From an uncultured candidate division Zixibacteria bacterium (GTDB lineage Bacteria; Zixibacteria; MSB-5A5; GN15; FEB-12): a DNA stretch of 64,000 bases. The stretch is taken from the NCBI GenBank assembly GCA_963735035.1, contig CAVTJJ010000003.1, positions 224,001 to 288,000 of the forward strand, written 5' to 3'. The position numbers and the translations under genes are program-made. The notes under the pieces were generated by a model. That model was not told the DNA's origin and ran no database searches. It saw only the letters and a program-made list of their open reading frames with translations. Positions 28,486-38,726 of the stretch are shown one piece after another (the stretch's first letter is position 1; each line of letters opens with the position of its first letter).

Positions 28486-31400
28486 CATTAAGCGCGTCCT
28501 GGTGATAGGATCCGGCCCGATTGTTATCGGTCAGGCATGCGAGTTCGACTATTCCGGGTCACAGGCTGTAAAGGCGTTGCGCGCTGAAGGGATCGAAGTG
28601 GTGCTGGTAAATTCGAATCCCGCCACGATCATGACCGACCCCGACTTGGCCAATCGAACGTATATAGAACCCCTGACGGTCGATTTTCTGGAACGAATCA
28701 TCCGCCGCGAACGCCCGGATTCGATACTCCCAAGCGTAGGCGGCCAGACCGCCCTCAATCTTGCGATGGCGCTTCAGGACCAGGGTATTCTCGATCGCTA
28801 TGGAATTCGGCTGATCGGCGCCAGCGCCGAAGCTATCCGTGTCGCCGAGGATCGAGAGTTGTTCCGGCAGGCCATGATGCAGATCGGGCTGGATGTTCCG
28901 CACGGTCTGTTGGTCGCCAATCTTAGCGTCGCGAGAGATTTCGCCCGGGATAATGGCTTCCCTCTCATAGTGCGCCCTTCGTTCACACTCGGTGGTTCCG
29001 GCGGCGGCACGGCTTTCAATTTGGTTGAGTTCGAGGAAATCGTCAGCCGCGGTCTCGCCCTATCGCCGGTCGGTCAGGTGCTTGTCGAAGAATCCCTGAT
29101 AGGTTGGAAGGAATACGAACTTGAGGTGATGCGCGACTGCCGCGACAATTTTGTGGTCGTCTGCTCCATCGAAAATCTTGATCCGATAGGCGTTCACACC
29201 GGCGATTCCGTAACCGTAGCCCCAGCACAAACTCTGACTGACCGGGAATACCAGCGCATGCGCGACGCCGCCGCGGCGATTCTGCGTCGCGTGCGAGTGG
29301 ATACCGGCGGGTCTAATGTTCAGTTCGCGGTCGAGCCGAAGACTGGACGGCTGGTGGTTATCGAGATGAATCCCCGCGTGTCAAGATCGTCGGCGCTCGC
29401 ATCCAAAGCCACCGGGTTCCCTATTGCCAAGATCGCCGCCAAACTGGCTATCGGGTACACACTGGACGAGATCACGAATGATATTACTCGTGTGACTCCG
29501 GCCGCCTTCGAGCCTGCCCTCGACTACGTCGTGACGAAGATACCAAAGTTTGCCTTTGAAAAGTTCCCGTCGGCCGACGCCGCTCTCGGGATTCAGATGA
29601 AGTCGGTCGGCGAAGTTATGGCTATTGGACGAACTTTCAAGGAATCACTCTTCAAGGCGCTTCGCTCACTGGAAGTTGTGAAACCGTTTCGACCAAGCGA
29701 CATGACCCGTGAACAACTCAGCGCCGCTTTGGGCACCCCCAGCGAATACAGCCTGCGGTATTTGATACACGCGCTCGAAAGCGGCTGGAGTTTGGACGAT
29801 TGCCACCGGCTGACGCACATTGATCCCTGGTTTCTCGATCAAATTGCGCAGTTTGCCGAGCTGCAGCGACAGATGCGGGGACGGACACTGGCGGACATCG
29901 CCGATGAAGAGCTTCGTCTCGCCAAAGAATGGGGCTTTTCAGATCGTAGAATTGCTTACCTGACCGGCGCTGAGGAAGATGCGGTCAGACAGCGACGCTA
30001 TGATATCGGCCTGCGCCCGGTGTTCAAGCGAGTGGATACCTGCGCGGGAGAATTCGAGTCGTTCACTCCCTACCTGTATTCCTGCTACGACGAAGAAGAC
30101 GAAAGCGCGCCGGAACCGGGCAAGAAAGTTATGATTCTTGGCAGTGGCCCCAACCGGATCGGCCAGGGTATCGAATTCGACTATTGCTGTTGCCACGCTT
30201 CGTTCGCACTGCGCGAACAGGGCGTACAGAGCATCATGGTGAACTGCAACCCCGAAACCGTCTCAACCGACTATGACACCAGTGATCGGCTGTATTTCGA
30301 ACCGCTGACGCTTGAAGACGTGATGGAAGTCTACGAAAAGGAACGGCCCGATGGAGTTATCGTCCAGTTCGGCGGACAGACTCCCCTCAGACTCACTTTG
30401 CCGCTGGCTCAGGCGGGTGTGCCAATTCTGGGGACATCGCCGGACTCGGTCGATCTGGCCGAAGATCGCGAGCGGTTCGCAGAATTTCTGGACCGTTTTG
30501 ATATCCGCCACCCGGCACATGCCATCGCCCGCACAATTGAAGAAGCTGATGCCGCCGTAGGTCGCCTGGGCTTCCCCTTATTGCTGCGCCCGTCTTATGT
30601 ATTGGGCGGACGAGGTATGGCTATCGTTTACGGGATCGACCAACTGCACGCCTACTTGACACCGGCGTTCGATGCTGCCCCAGGCCAACCGATTCTGATC
30701 GATACGTTTCTGGAAGATGCCTTCGAAGTCGACGTCGACGCGCTGGCCGACGGAGACACCTGCATCATCGCCGGCATCATGCAACATATCGAAGAAGCCG
30801 GGGTGCACAGCGGTGACTCGAGCTGTGTGCTGCCGACATTTCTGATTCAGGACAAGTTTCTCGAAGAAATCCGGACTATCACTCGTCGCTTGGCGATTGA
30901 ACTGAAAGTCATTGGCATGATGAACATCCAGTACGCTATCGCCGACGACAAGCTGTACATACTGGAAGTAAACCCGCGCGCCTCGCGCACGGTGCCGTTT
31001 GTCGCCAAGGCTACCGGAGTGCCGCTGGCCAAAGTGGCGACACGCCTGATGCTTGGCCACAAACTTCGCGACATGGGTTTCACCGAAGACTTGAAAGTGA
31101 ATCGCTACTTCGTCAAGACGCCCGTCTTCCCGTTCATCAAGTTTCCGGGCGTTGACCCCCGTCTCTCCCCCGAGATGCGCTCCACCGGTGAGGTTATGGG
31201 GAGCGGCGACAATTTCGGCGCGGCCTTCTACAAAGCGCAATTGGCGGCGGGGATTCGTTTGCCCGACAAAGGCACGATATTGCTGAGTGTGAATGCGCGC
31301 GACAAGAAGGGCGTATTGAGCATCGCGCGGCGTTTTGCCGCGATGGGGTTTGGCATCAAGGCTACGACCGGCACGGCCTCGTTCTTACAAGATATGGGTG

Positions 31401-31672
31401 TCCCAGCAGTCGCGGTTCTCAAAGTGGCTGAAGGTCGCCCGAACTGTGTCGATTTAATAAAGAGCGGCGAGGTGGGGCTGATCATCAACACACCCCTGGG
31501 CTCAGCTTCAGCTCGCGACGGTTGGGCTATCCGGACGGCGGCGGTGCAGCACGGCGTCCCGTGCATCACAACTCTCTCGGGGGCTGCAGCCGCTGTTGAT
31601 GCAATCGCGCAGCTTCGGACTCAGGACGTCGGCATTCTGTCCCTGCAGGAAATCCACGGCAGCGCCACCTGA
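28469..31672 (+). CDS. carB: Carbamoyl-phosphate synthase large subunit
   Basis: [51 protein letters not shown]-terminal MGS domain. Confidence 0.98.
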   Translation: MPARSDIKRVLVIGSGPIVIGQACEFDYSGSQAVKALRAEGIEVVLVNSNPATIMTDPDLANRTYIEPLTVDFLERIIRRERPDSILPSVGGQTALNLAMALQDQGILDRYGIRLIGASAEAIRVAEDRELFRQAMMQIGLDVPHGLLVANLSVARDFARDNGFPLIVRPSFTLGGSGGGTAFNLVEFEEIVSRGLALSPVGQVLVEESLIGWKEYELEVMRDCRDNFVVVCSIENLDPIGVHTGDSVTVAPAQTLTDREYQRMRDAAAAILRRVRVDTGGSNVQFAVEPKTGRLVVIEMNPRVSRSSALASKATGFPIAKIAAKLAIGYTLDEITNDITRVTPAAFEPALDYVVTKIPKFAFEKFPSADAALGIQMKSVGEVMAIGRTFKESLFKALRSLEVVKPFRPSDMTREQLSAALGTPSEYSLRYLIHALESGWSLDDCHRLTHIDPWFLDQIAQFAELQRQMRGRTLADIADEELRLAKEWGFSDRRIAYLTGAEEDAVRQRRYDIGLRPVFKRVDTCAGEFESFTPYLYSCYDEEDESAPEPGKKVMILGSGPNRIGQGIEFDYCCCHASFALREQGVQSIMVNCNPETVSTDYDTSDRLYFEPLTLEDVMEVYEKERPDGVIVQFGGQTPLRLTLPLAQAGVPILGTSPDSVDLAEDRERFAEFLDRFDIRHPAHAIARTIEEADAAVGRLGFPLLLRPSYVLGGRGMAIVYGIDQLHAYLTPAFDAAPGQPILIDTFLEDAFEVDVDALADGDTCIIAGIMQHIEEAGVHSGDSSCVLPTFLIQDKFLEEIRTITRRLAIELKVIGMMNIQYAIADDKLYILEVNPRASRTVPFVAKATGVPLAKVATRLMLGHKLRDMGFTEDLKVNRYFVKTPVFPFIKFPGVDPRLSPEMRSTGEVMGSGDNFGAAFYKAQLAAGIRLPDKGTILLSVNARDKKGVLSIARRFAAMGFGIKATTGTASFLQDMGVPAVAVLKVAEGRPNCVDLIKSGEVGLIINTPLGSASARDGWAIRTAAVQHGVPCITTLSGAAAAVDAIAQLRTQDVGILSLQEIHGSAT

Positions 31673-31749
31673 TTACAGCGACATCTGAACGAATTCGTCT
31701 ACTCCCTTTGTTGTTGATTTGTTACCCCTAATTGCCGATTACTGCGTAC

Positions 31750-33153
31750 ATGAAGAAGACCAAGATCATTGCCACTTACGGCCCTGCCATAGCTTCGCGG
31801 CAGCGTATCGCTGAGTTAGTTGAAGCCGGCGCCGATATATTTCGCATCAATTGCTCGCATGGAGCCCATGATGACTTTGTCGCCGCCGTCCGCATGATTC
31901 GATCGGGCGCCCGCAAAGCTCTCTTCCCGGTCGGTATCCTCTTTGACATCAGCGGCCCCAAGTTAAGACTGGAGCGTTTCGATGGCGAACATCACGTATC
32001 AATCGGCGAAGAGCTGACTCTCACTACCGGTACGTCTCGTCCCTCTGAAGGCATAATTGCCGTCAACCATCCCGGCATTATCAAATCGATGCGCAAGGGT
32101 GAGCGACTGTTTGTTGACGACGGTAAGCTGGCCTTTGATGTGATCACCGTGTCTTCGGGTAAAGTCCGTATGCGCTGCCTCACCGATGGAGCCCTGACGG
32201 GTGGCAAGGGGATCAACCTGCCCGATACCGACCTCAAGATTCCTACAATCACACGGAAGGACAACGAGGACATCGCAACGGCAGTGGCATGTAAGGCCGA
32301 TCTGATCGCCCTCTCGTTTGTGCGATCCGGCGATGACATAATTGAGGCCAGACGGATACTGCGCAAGCTTGGTGGAAAACAGAAGATCATCGCCAAACTC
32401 GAAAAGCGCGAAGCGGTCGAACGACTCGACGACATCATGCTCCTGGCCGATGGCGTCATGGTCGCCCGCGGGGATCTTGGCGTCGAACTGCCGGTTGAGA
32501 CCGTTCCGGAACTCCAGAAACAGATAATCCGCAGGGCCCACCGGCATCGCAAACCTGTGATTGTCGCGACGCAGATGATGGAATCGATGCGCTTTGCTCC
32601 AACTCCCACCCGGGCCGAAGTTAACGACGTGGCGTCGGCTGTTTTCGATTTCATCGACGCCGTAATGCTGTCGGCAGAGACCTCCACCGGACAATTCCCG
32701 CTTGAGTCCGTCCAGACCATGACCCGCGTTATCGACGCCGCCGAAAAGGACTGTGAGGCAAGGCCACCCCTGGGCGATGCTTATCTTGTGAAATCTGAAG
32801 TACCCAACTCGATAGCGGAATCCGTGAGCAACGCCAACTCGCACAACGTCGCCATCTTCGCCTTCACATCCTCGGGATTCACGGCTGAGTTGATTTCCAA
32901 CCAGTTTCCCGATCAACCGATTATCGCCGTCACCAATGACAAATCCGTGCTGACTCGCCTCACCGTTTGCCGCGGTGTTTACTCGGTGCTGGCAGGCCAG
33001 CCCCGCTCATTTGATGAAATTCTGCGCGTGGTGGAGAAGATCAGCCGCGACTACAAGATCGCCAAGAAGGGTGAAACGGTAGTCATAACCGGCGGCGTAC
33101 CGTTCGGTCGGATGGTCCCGACCAATTTCATGATGTACCACAAGATTACGTAG
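31750..33153 (+). CDS. pyk: Pyruvate kinase
   Basis: KTKIIATYGPA, RINCSHG, MVARGDLGVE, ATQMMESM, DAVMLSAET. Confidence 0.96.
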   Translation: MKKTKIIATYGPAIASRQRIAELVEAGADIFRINCSHGAHDDFVAAVRMIRSGARKALFPVGILFDISGPKLRLERFDGEHHVSIGEELTLTTGTSRPSEGIIAVNHPGIIKSMRKGERLFVDDGKLAFDVITVSSGKVRMRCLTDGALTGGKGINLPDTDLKIPTITRKDNEDIATAVACKADLIALSFVRSGDDIIEARRILRKLGGKQKIIAKLEKREAVERLDDIMLLADGVMVARGDLGVELPVETVPELQKQIIRRAHRHRKPVIVATQMMESMRFAPTPTRAEVNDVASAVFDFIDAVMLSAETSTGQFPLESVQTMTRVIDAAEKDCEARPPLGDAYLVKSEVPNSIAESVSNANSHNVAIFAFTSSGFTAELISNQFPDQPIIAVTNDKSVLTRLTVCRGVYSVLAGQPRSFDEILRVVEKISRDYKIAKKGETVVITGGVPFGRMVPTNFMMYHKIT

Positions 33154-33166
33154 CTTGCGAATATTC

Positions 33167-33229
33167 GTAGGACAGAACCCCATGAGGGTTCTGCCACTTG
33201 CCGCACGATAATCAATGCCCCCGTCCTAC
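33167..33229. repeat. REP-like element 1
   Basis: GTAGGAC...GTCCTAC inverted termini with inner hairpin CAGAACCC-CATGA-GGGTTCTG, between convergent genes. Confidence 0.6.
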
Positions 33230-33239
33230 AAGAACCATC

Positions 33240-33929
33240 TCACAGACAGTTATGCAGGCCCAGCGTCGGCCCGGTGATGAACAAGTAGTCGATCAGCATC
33301 GAGATATCGCCGATTGTGATGTCGTTACAAGTCGGGTTCGAACCGCCCGATTGGTTGATATCCGCCTCGGACAGACATGCAATGATACCGTCGCACGTCC
33401 CGGTGATGAATTTGGCGTCGATCAGCACCGAAATATCTCCGATAGTCGGTTCATCACCGCCCAGGCCGTTAGCGTTGCCCACACGACCCACGCAGCAACT
33501 GCCGCCGCCATTGCCAAAATCCTGCCAGAAGCCGGCAAGGCATTGTGAATTTGGCGAAGACGAAAACCCTACTGCAGTCTGACCGAGAGTGCCCGAGAGG
33601 GCATAGTTGGCGGATACCGCCTCTCCCCCTCCGCCCGAAATCACGTGCCAGTTGATCTGCTCTCCGGCCTGAGGCGCCTTCGCCACGTATGTGGCCGAAG
33701 AATCCGATTGTACTGGTTTTGCTGCTGTCGGCTCCGTCCGACTGGCTTTGGTCTCAGGGGCAGTTGTTGTAGGGGCTGTCGACGACCGTGCGTTCTCCTT
33801 CGATGGTACTACCTTGGACGTACTGGTTGCCCGCTCACCACGGCCTGATTCACGGTCGCCCGCGAACGAGACTGTACAGACAAGGGTGAGCAGCGTTGCT
33901 AACCACACAGTTGTTAGCCGTATCGTCAT
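33240..33929 (-). CDS. Small secreted adaptor-like protein with C-terminal dockerin-like domain
   Basis: Signal peptide; S/T/P-rich linker; short INWHVISGGGG..SANYALSGTLGQ...AGFWQ motif; terminal tag. Confidence 0.75.
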   Translation of the reverse strand: MTIRLTTVWLATLLTLVCTVSFAGDRESGRGERATSTSKVVPSKENARSSTAPTTTAPETKASRTEPTAAKPVQSDSSATYVAKAPQAGEQINWHVISGGGGEAVSANYALSGTLGQTAVGFSSSPNSQCLAGFWQDFGNGGGSCCVGRVGNANGLGGDEPTIGDISVLIDAKFITGTCDGIIACLSEADINQSGGSNPTCNDITIGDISMLIDYLFITGPTLGLHNCL

Positions 33930-33985
33930 ACTTGCCTCTCTGCAAATTACTCTCTAGATACCTATTTCAAGGCGATGGAACTGAA

Positions 33986-35455
33986 TTATTGCTTGTCTGA
34001 CATGCCTTGCGCTTGCTGTTGGCGCATCTTGTTCATCTTTGCTTCGGCCAGTTCCCTCTTCAGCCTTTCGGCTTCGGCAGTGGCTTTGGCCGCTCTTAGT
34101 TCAAGATCGCGCAGATCGACTTGATACATGGTCTCGGATGAACCCTCCGCACCCGGACCCGTCGGAACTGACACCGCTTCGGCGTTATCGAACCGGCCAG
34201 CCTCGCCCGGAGGCACCAGGGCTACTACGGATCCGTAGGATGTGGGGTAGTAAGTGGCGGTCAAGATCGAATGTTGAGCATATACCGACGCCCCGGCTCC
34301 GAGAGGTGCATTGAGTCTGGACTCGAGCCTGAACGTGTACGATCCTGCTACAGGTTCATAATAGATTCGAGTACATGTTGGTGAGTAATGGTTAGGACTC
34401 AAATCAACAGAACCTGCAATCAAGACTTCACTGCAATAGGCGGGAAGGGTGAATCCGCCTGCGGTTTCATCGATCTGAAGAAATACTCCGTTGGCTCCAA
34501 TTGTACCGATGAGCCACAATCGCCTGATCTGTCCCTGCAATTCGATGTATCCCGGTGCCGGGATTGTAATTGTCACCGTCACAATATCTTGCATGGTTGT
34601 GGACACATAGATTCCATTGGGATTGTAGTTGCTGGCAATCCCCGGCTCATCGAGAATCTCACGGGAGTCAATGGCGTTATCTGGAAGAATGACCGATGAA
34701 TCTCCGGTGACGCTTGCGTCCAGCCACGTGTTTACCGATCCCGCGCTATTGAACAGCATAAGGTTGCCGCCACTGCCGCCGCCCCCCAGTTTGCCACCGG
34801 ACAGATAGGCGCCTCCGTATGTCGTCGAGGAGCTATCGGCCAATTGTAATTCACCAGCGCCTGCTTCACGCAAGATAACTCTTCCCGCACCGTCTGATCC
34901 ATTCATCTGAATCATCCGGTTGTTTGGATCAACCACCACCCGGTCGGTACCTCCCGATTGCCATTGGCTGGCGACCCCATCGTGCAACGTTGTTCCGGTC
35001 ATCGTCCCGCCTGACAGCGGCAAGTAGCCGGGCGCGGAGGCGACAGAATTGGCCTGATCAGCCCTGAAGGCATACGGGACCGAGGTAAGCCGGGTTCTCG
35101 GTGTCATCTCTGTTTGGGATTCAACAGCAATTCCCAGCCATCGGTTCGGCGCGCTGAAGATTGCCGGATCTAGAGCCATCATAGGAGCCTGACCCAGGAT
35201 CACTGAGAACAGACCACTAGCCGTGACAATCTCGACCTTGTCGGACGTCCATAACAGATCGCCGCCTGTAGAATCAGACCAAATGGAGAACACGCAGGGA
35301 TAGCCACCATCCCTTACCGGCTGACCGGCAGGATCGGTCAGACGGCCCTGGTACGACATCGTAGATGGCACCGTCGGCGGAGCAGCCATTGTTGACGAGG
35401 TCACAAGGACCAAGATCACGGCGGTTAACAGTCTAGTGCGCCAATCAAAGTTCAT
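33986..35455 (-). CDS. Secreted fibre/adhesin-like protein without the dockerin-like tag
   Basis: N-domain PSTMSYQGRLTD...GGDLLW...GLFSVILG...PRTRLTSVPYA; short beta repeats; C-terminal coiled coil. Confidence 0.7.
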   Translation of the reverse strand: MNFDWRTRLLTAVILVLVTSSTMAAPPTVPSTMSYQGRLTDPAGQPVRDGGYPCVFSIWSDSTGGDLLWTSDKVEIVTASGLFSVILGQAPMMALDPAIFSAPNRWLGIAVESQTEMTPRTRLTSVPYAFRADQANSVASAPGYLPLSGGTMTGTTLHDGVASQWQSGGTDRVVVDPNNRMIQMNGSDGAGRVILREAGAGELQLADSSSTTYGGAYLSGGKLGGGGSGGNLMLFNSAGSVNTWLDASVTGDSSVILPDNAIDSREILDEPGIASNYNPNGIYVSTTMQDIVTVTITIPAPGYIELQGQIRRLWLIGTIGANGVFLQIDETAGGFTLPAYCSEVLIAGSVDLSPNHYSPTCTRIYYEPVAGSYTFRLESRLNAPLGAGASVYAQHSILTATYYPTSYGSVVALVPPGEAGRFDNAEAVSVPTGPGAEGSSETMYQVDLRDLELRAAKATAEAERLKRELAEAKMNKMRQQQAQGMSDKQ

Positions 35456-35681
35456 GCGGTCTCCTGTTTCGATCTTCCGAGAATCGTGCTAGGCATTTCA
35501 AGTATTATCGTCACCCGGCCCCGCAAGGGCCATGGAAAGGGCGTAACAAACCCCGAAAATAGCGTCTGGACGCCGGTTTCGGGCATATTCGAAGGGGATA
35601 TTACGGAGATTGTATGGACAAATACACTCCAAATTGCCCGTTTTGTCAAGATTTGACTGAAACTGGAGTACCGGGACAGAA

Positions 35682-35712
35682 AAGCCTCCGGATCGGGTGG
35701 ATCCGGAGGCTT
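35682..35712 (-). terminator. Rho-independent terminator
   Basis: AAGCCTCCGGATC-N5-GATCCGGAGGCTT, with a T-run on the minus strand, downstream of the 35754 gene. Confidence 0.75.
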
Positions 35713-35753
35713 ACATTGAGTATCAACGTAATTGGTGCAGTGAACCCACTGCC

Positions 35754-38336
35754 TCAGAGACAATTCGGCAGGCCCATCGACGGACCTGTAATAAACAAGT
35801 AGTCGATCAATACAGATATATCGCCGATAGTCACATCGTCACAAATTGGTCCGGTGCCGCCGGACTGATTGATATCCGCCTCTGAAATACATGCAATGAT
35901 GTTATCACAAACACCCGTAATGAACTTGGCATCGATCATGGCGCTGACATCGCCGATCGTGGGTTCATCGCCGCCTGTGCCGTTGGCATCGCCAACCCGA
36001 TTGACACAACAGTTGGACTGACTCTTGGACCATTGCGCCAGGTCGATAGAGAGCTTGTTCCCAGCAATCGTGAAGCTCCCCCCCACTATCAATTCACCGT
36101 TGTACTCAGTCAGCGCATTAAGATACAAGGCGTCTACTCCCGATCCCAAGGCTGACCAGGTACGTCCGTTCCAAGAGGCTATCCTTCTAGCCGCTGCTTC
36201 CCCTGCCACGGAGAACCATCCCCCCGCAATCAGTTTTCCATCGTACACTGACAGGACTTCGACATCAGCATTGACCCCTGCTCCCAGCGGTGACCAGTTG
36301 GTCCCATCCCAGAGTGCTATCTTGCTCGCCGCCACAGTGTCGGCCTGTGTAAACCAACCACCGGCAACTAGTTTCCCGTCGTACACGGTCAGGGCATAGA
36401 CGGGGTTGTCCATTCCCCTCCACGATCCCAGCGACGACCAACTGCTACCGTCCCAGGACGCAATTCCGTGAACCTCAACACCGCCGGCGTTTACGAACTC
36501 ACCCCCTGCAATCAATTTCCCATCGTACACAGCCACGGCATAGACGTTGTTATCCATCCCGAATCCGAACCCCAACCAGGACCAACTGCTCCCATCCCAG
36601 GCCGCAACCCGGTAGGCGGGCACTCCGCCGGCCGTTGTGAACGAGCCCCCCGCTATCAATTTGCCATCGTATATGGTGAACGATAAGACCTGACTGCCCA
36701 TCCCCGACCCCAGCGTGGACCAACTGCTCCCATCCCACGACGCTATGTTGTCTGCCCAAACACTGCCGGCCATTGAGAACCGGCCTCCCGCTATCAGTTT
36801 CCCGTCGTACACAGTCATATCAAAGACATAGTTATTGATCCCTGAACCCAACGGCGACCAGACACTTCCATCCCAGGATGCTACTCTATTCGCCATCACG
36901 CCGCCGATCATTGTGAAACTGCCGCCTGCAATCAGTTTTCCGTCGTAAACGGTCAAGGAAAAGACAGTCCCATTCATCCCCGATCCCATTCGTGACCAGT
37001 TGCTACCATCCCAGGACGCTATCCTGGTCGCCGGCACGCCGCCGGCCTTTGTGAACCATCCCCCCGCTATCAGCTTCGTGTCGTACACGGTCAAGGCGTG
37101 GACAGAAGGAGTACCTCCTTCCATTTCCATCCCCGACCCCAACGACGACCAACTGCTCCCATCCCAGGATGCTATCCTGCCTGCTGCCAGGCCATCGGCC
37201 GTAAAGAAATCTCCACCAGCGATCAGTTTCGCGTCATACACAGTCAAGCTAGAGACAACGCCATATTCATTCATCCCCGCCCCCAACGGCGACCAATTGG
37301 CCCCGTCCCAGGACGCCACATTGACAGCAGCTACGCCACCGGCCGTTCTGAAGAAGCCCCCCACTATCAGCTTGTTATCATAAACAGTCAGGGCTTCGCC
37401 CCGTGGGTATTCTCCACCTATCCCCGCCCCCAATGGGGTCCAACTGCTCCCGTCCCAGGAAGCAATACTGTTCGCCGCCACACCACCGGCTGTGAAGAAA
37501 TATCCGCCTGCGATCAGCTTTCCGTCATACACGGTCAGGGAGAGGACAGGGCCGTTCATGCCCGACCCTAGCGGCGACCAACCGCTACCATCCCATGCTG
37601 CAATATTGCTCACCGCTACACCACCGGCCGTCGCGAATACGCCTCCGGCTATGAGTTTCCCGTCGTACACGGTCAAGGACAAGGCATAAGGTTCCTGTAA
37701 AACCGTTCCTCCTATCCCCGACCCCAGCGGTGACCAACTGCTCCCATCCCATGACGCTACTAAGCTGGCCTCGACACCACCGGCTTTAGTGTATTCCCCC
37801 GCCGCTATCAGGTTACCATTGTACACAGTCAGCGCGTTGACACTCGTGCAGACTTCGTCTCCCATTACTGACCCCAAAGAAGACCATGATACACCATCCC
37901 AGGCTGCGATTTTGTCGGCCATTTCACCGCCAGCCGCCTGAAAATATCCGCTGACTACGAGCCGTCCATCGTATACAATTGCATCCGTGACACCGGCGTC
38001 AACGCCGGCAAGCGATGGTGAGATACTGTTATCCCAGAAGATGTCATCCTGGCTGTCGGCTGTTGCAGCTGCTCCGGAAGTTCGGAATATCGGCCGGCCC
38101 GTGGCCGGGTCGATGACCGATTCGAGGCCTGCCATTTCCAGCGATCCCTGATAGCCGGAACGCCGCACCGCCTCCAGATCGAAACGTCCGTCAGGAGCGA
38201 GAAATTCGCTGACACTTCTGCCTTTGGGCGTTCCCACCTCAAGTGCCGATTTGTCCTCAGCCCGTACGTGCGACACTCCTGCAATGAGCCCACACAACGC
38301 TATTGCTGCGATACACAACCAAGAGAATTGTTTCAT
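35754..38336 (-). CDS. Secreted 14-repeat (probable double) beta-propeller protein with C-terminal dockerin-like domain
   Basis: GGAGG RBS before MKQFSW; 14 copies of VYDGKLIAGGxFxxAGG...IASWDGSSWSxLG; terminal tag. Confidence 0.85.
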   Translation of the reverse strand: MKQFSWLCIAAIALCGLIAGVSHVRAEDKSALEVGTPKGRSVSEFLAPDGRFDLEAVRRSGYQGSLEMAGLESVIDPATGRPIFRTSGAAATADSQDDIFWDNSISPSLAGVDAGVTDAIVYDGRLVVSGYFQAAGGEMADKIAAWDGVSWSSLGSVMGDEVCTSVNALTVYNGNLIAAGEYTKAGGVEASLVASWDGSSWSPLGSGIGGTVLQEPYALSLTVYDGKLIAGGVFATAGGVAVSNIAAWDGSGWSPLGSGMNGPVLSLTVYDGKLIAGGYFFTAGGVAANSIASWDGSSWTPLGAGIGGEYPRGEALTVYDNKLIVGGFFRTAGGVAAVNVASWDGANWSPLGAGMNEYGVVSSLTVYDAKLIAGGDFFTADGLAAGRIASWDGSSWSSLGSGMEMEGGTPSVHALTVYDTKLIAGGWFTKAGGVPATRIASWDGSNWSRMGSGMNGTVFSLTVYDGKLIAGGSFTMIGGVMANRVASWDGSVWSPLGSGINNYVFDMTVYDGKLIAGGRFSMAGSVWADNIASWDGSSWSTLGSGMGSQVLSFTIYDGKLIAGGSFTTAGGVPAYRVAAWDGSSWSWLGFGFGMDNNVYAVAVYDGKLIAGGEFVNAGGVEVHGIASWDGSSWSSLGSWRGMDNPVYALTVYDGKLVAGGWFTQADTVAASKIALWDGTNWSPLGAGVNADVEVLSVYDGKLIAGGWFSVAGEAAARRIASWNGRTWSALGSGVDALYLNALTEYNGELIVGGSFTIAGNKLSIDLAQWSKSQSNCCVNRVGDANGTGGDEPTIGDVSAMIDAKFITGVCDNIIACISEADINQSGGTGPICDDVTIGDISVLIDYLFITGPSMGLPNCL

Positions 38337-38671
38337 GCAGACAACCTCCTCTGACGAGCGGTTAGCTATAACGCGGCGACCGCGATCCTGATTCGACTTT
38401 TGGTATAATGGCGGTACCCAAGACAAACCCGATTCCCGAATTCGCGTCCCAAAGGTTGACTTGACAATGTTGTGCGACGGATAGAATAGTTTACGTTGCC
38501 AATTTACTCCACACAACCCTTCGTGTCAACTGATTTGTGGTTTACCGTATAGATGAGTTAGCGTCCAACGGAATTATCGAGGCAACAATTCGTTATTACA
38601 CACTAACACAGATGCACTTGTTTGTTGGCTCCTATTCTGGTCATAGCCGGAGATGACTGGATCACAAACGA

Positions 38672-38705
38672 GAAGCGGCCATCCCAAGGACGGGATGACC
38701 GCTTC
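38672..38705 (-). terminator. Probable terminator hairpin
   Basis: GAAGCGGCCATCCC-N6-GGGATGACCGCTTC just downstream of the 38727 gene. Confidence 0.65.
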
Positions 38706-38726
38706 ACACTCGGGCCATTTGCATTA

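Noticed and set aside
36025..37990. Regular DNA repeats that could suggest a CRISPR array
   Set aside because: They are degenerate, in-frame ~140-160-nt coding repeats with no constant repeat/unique spacer pattern, and there are no cas genes.
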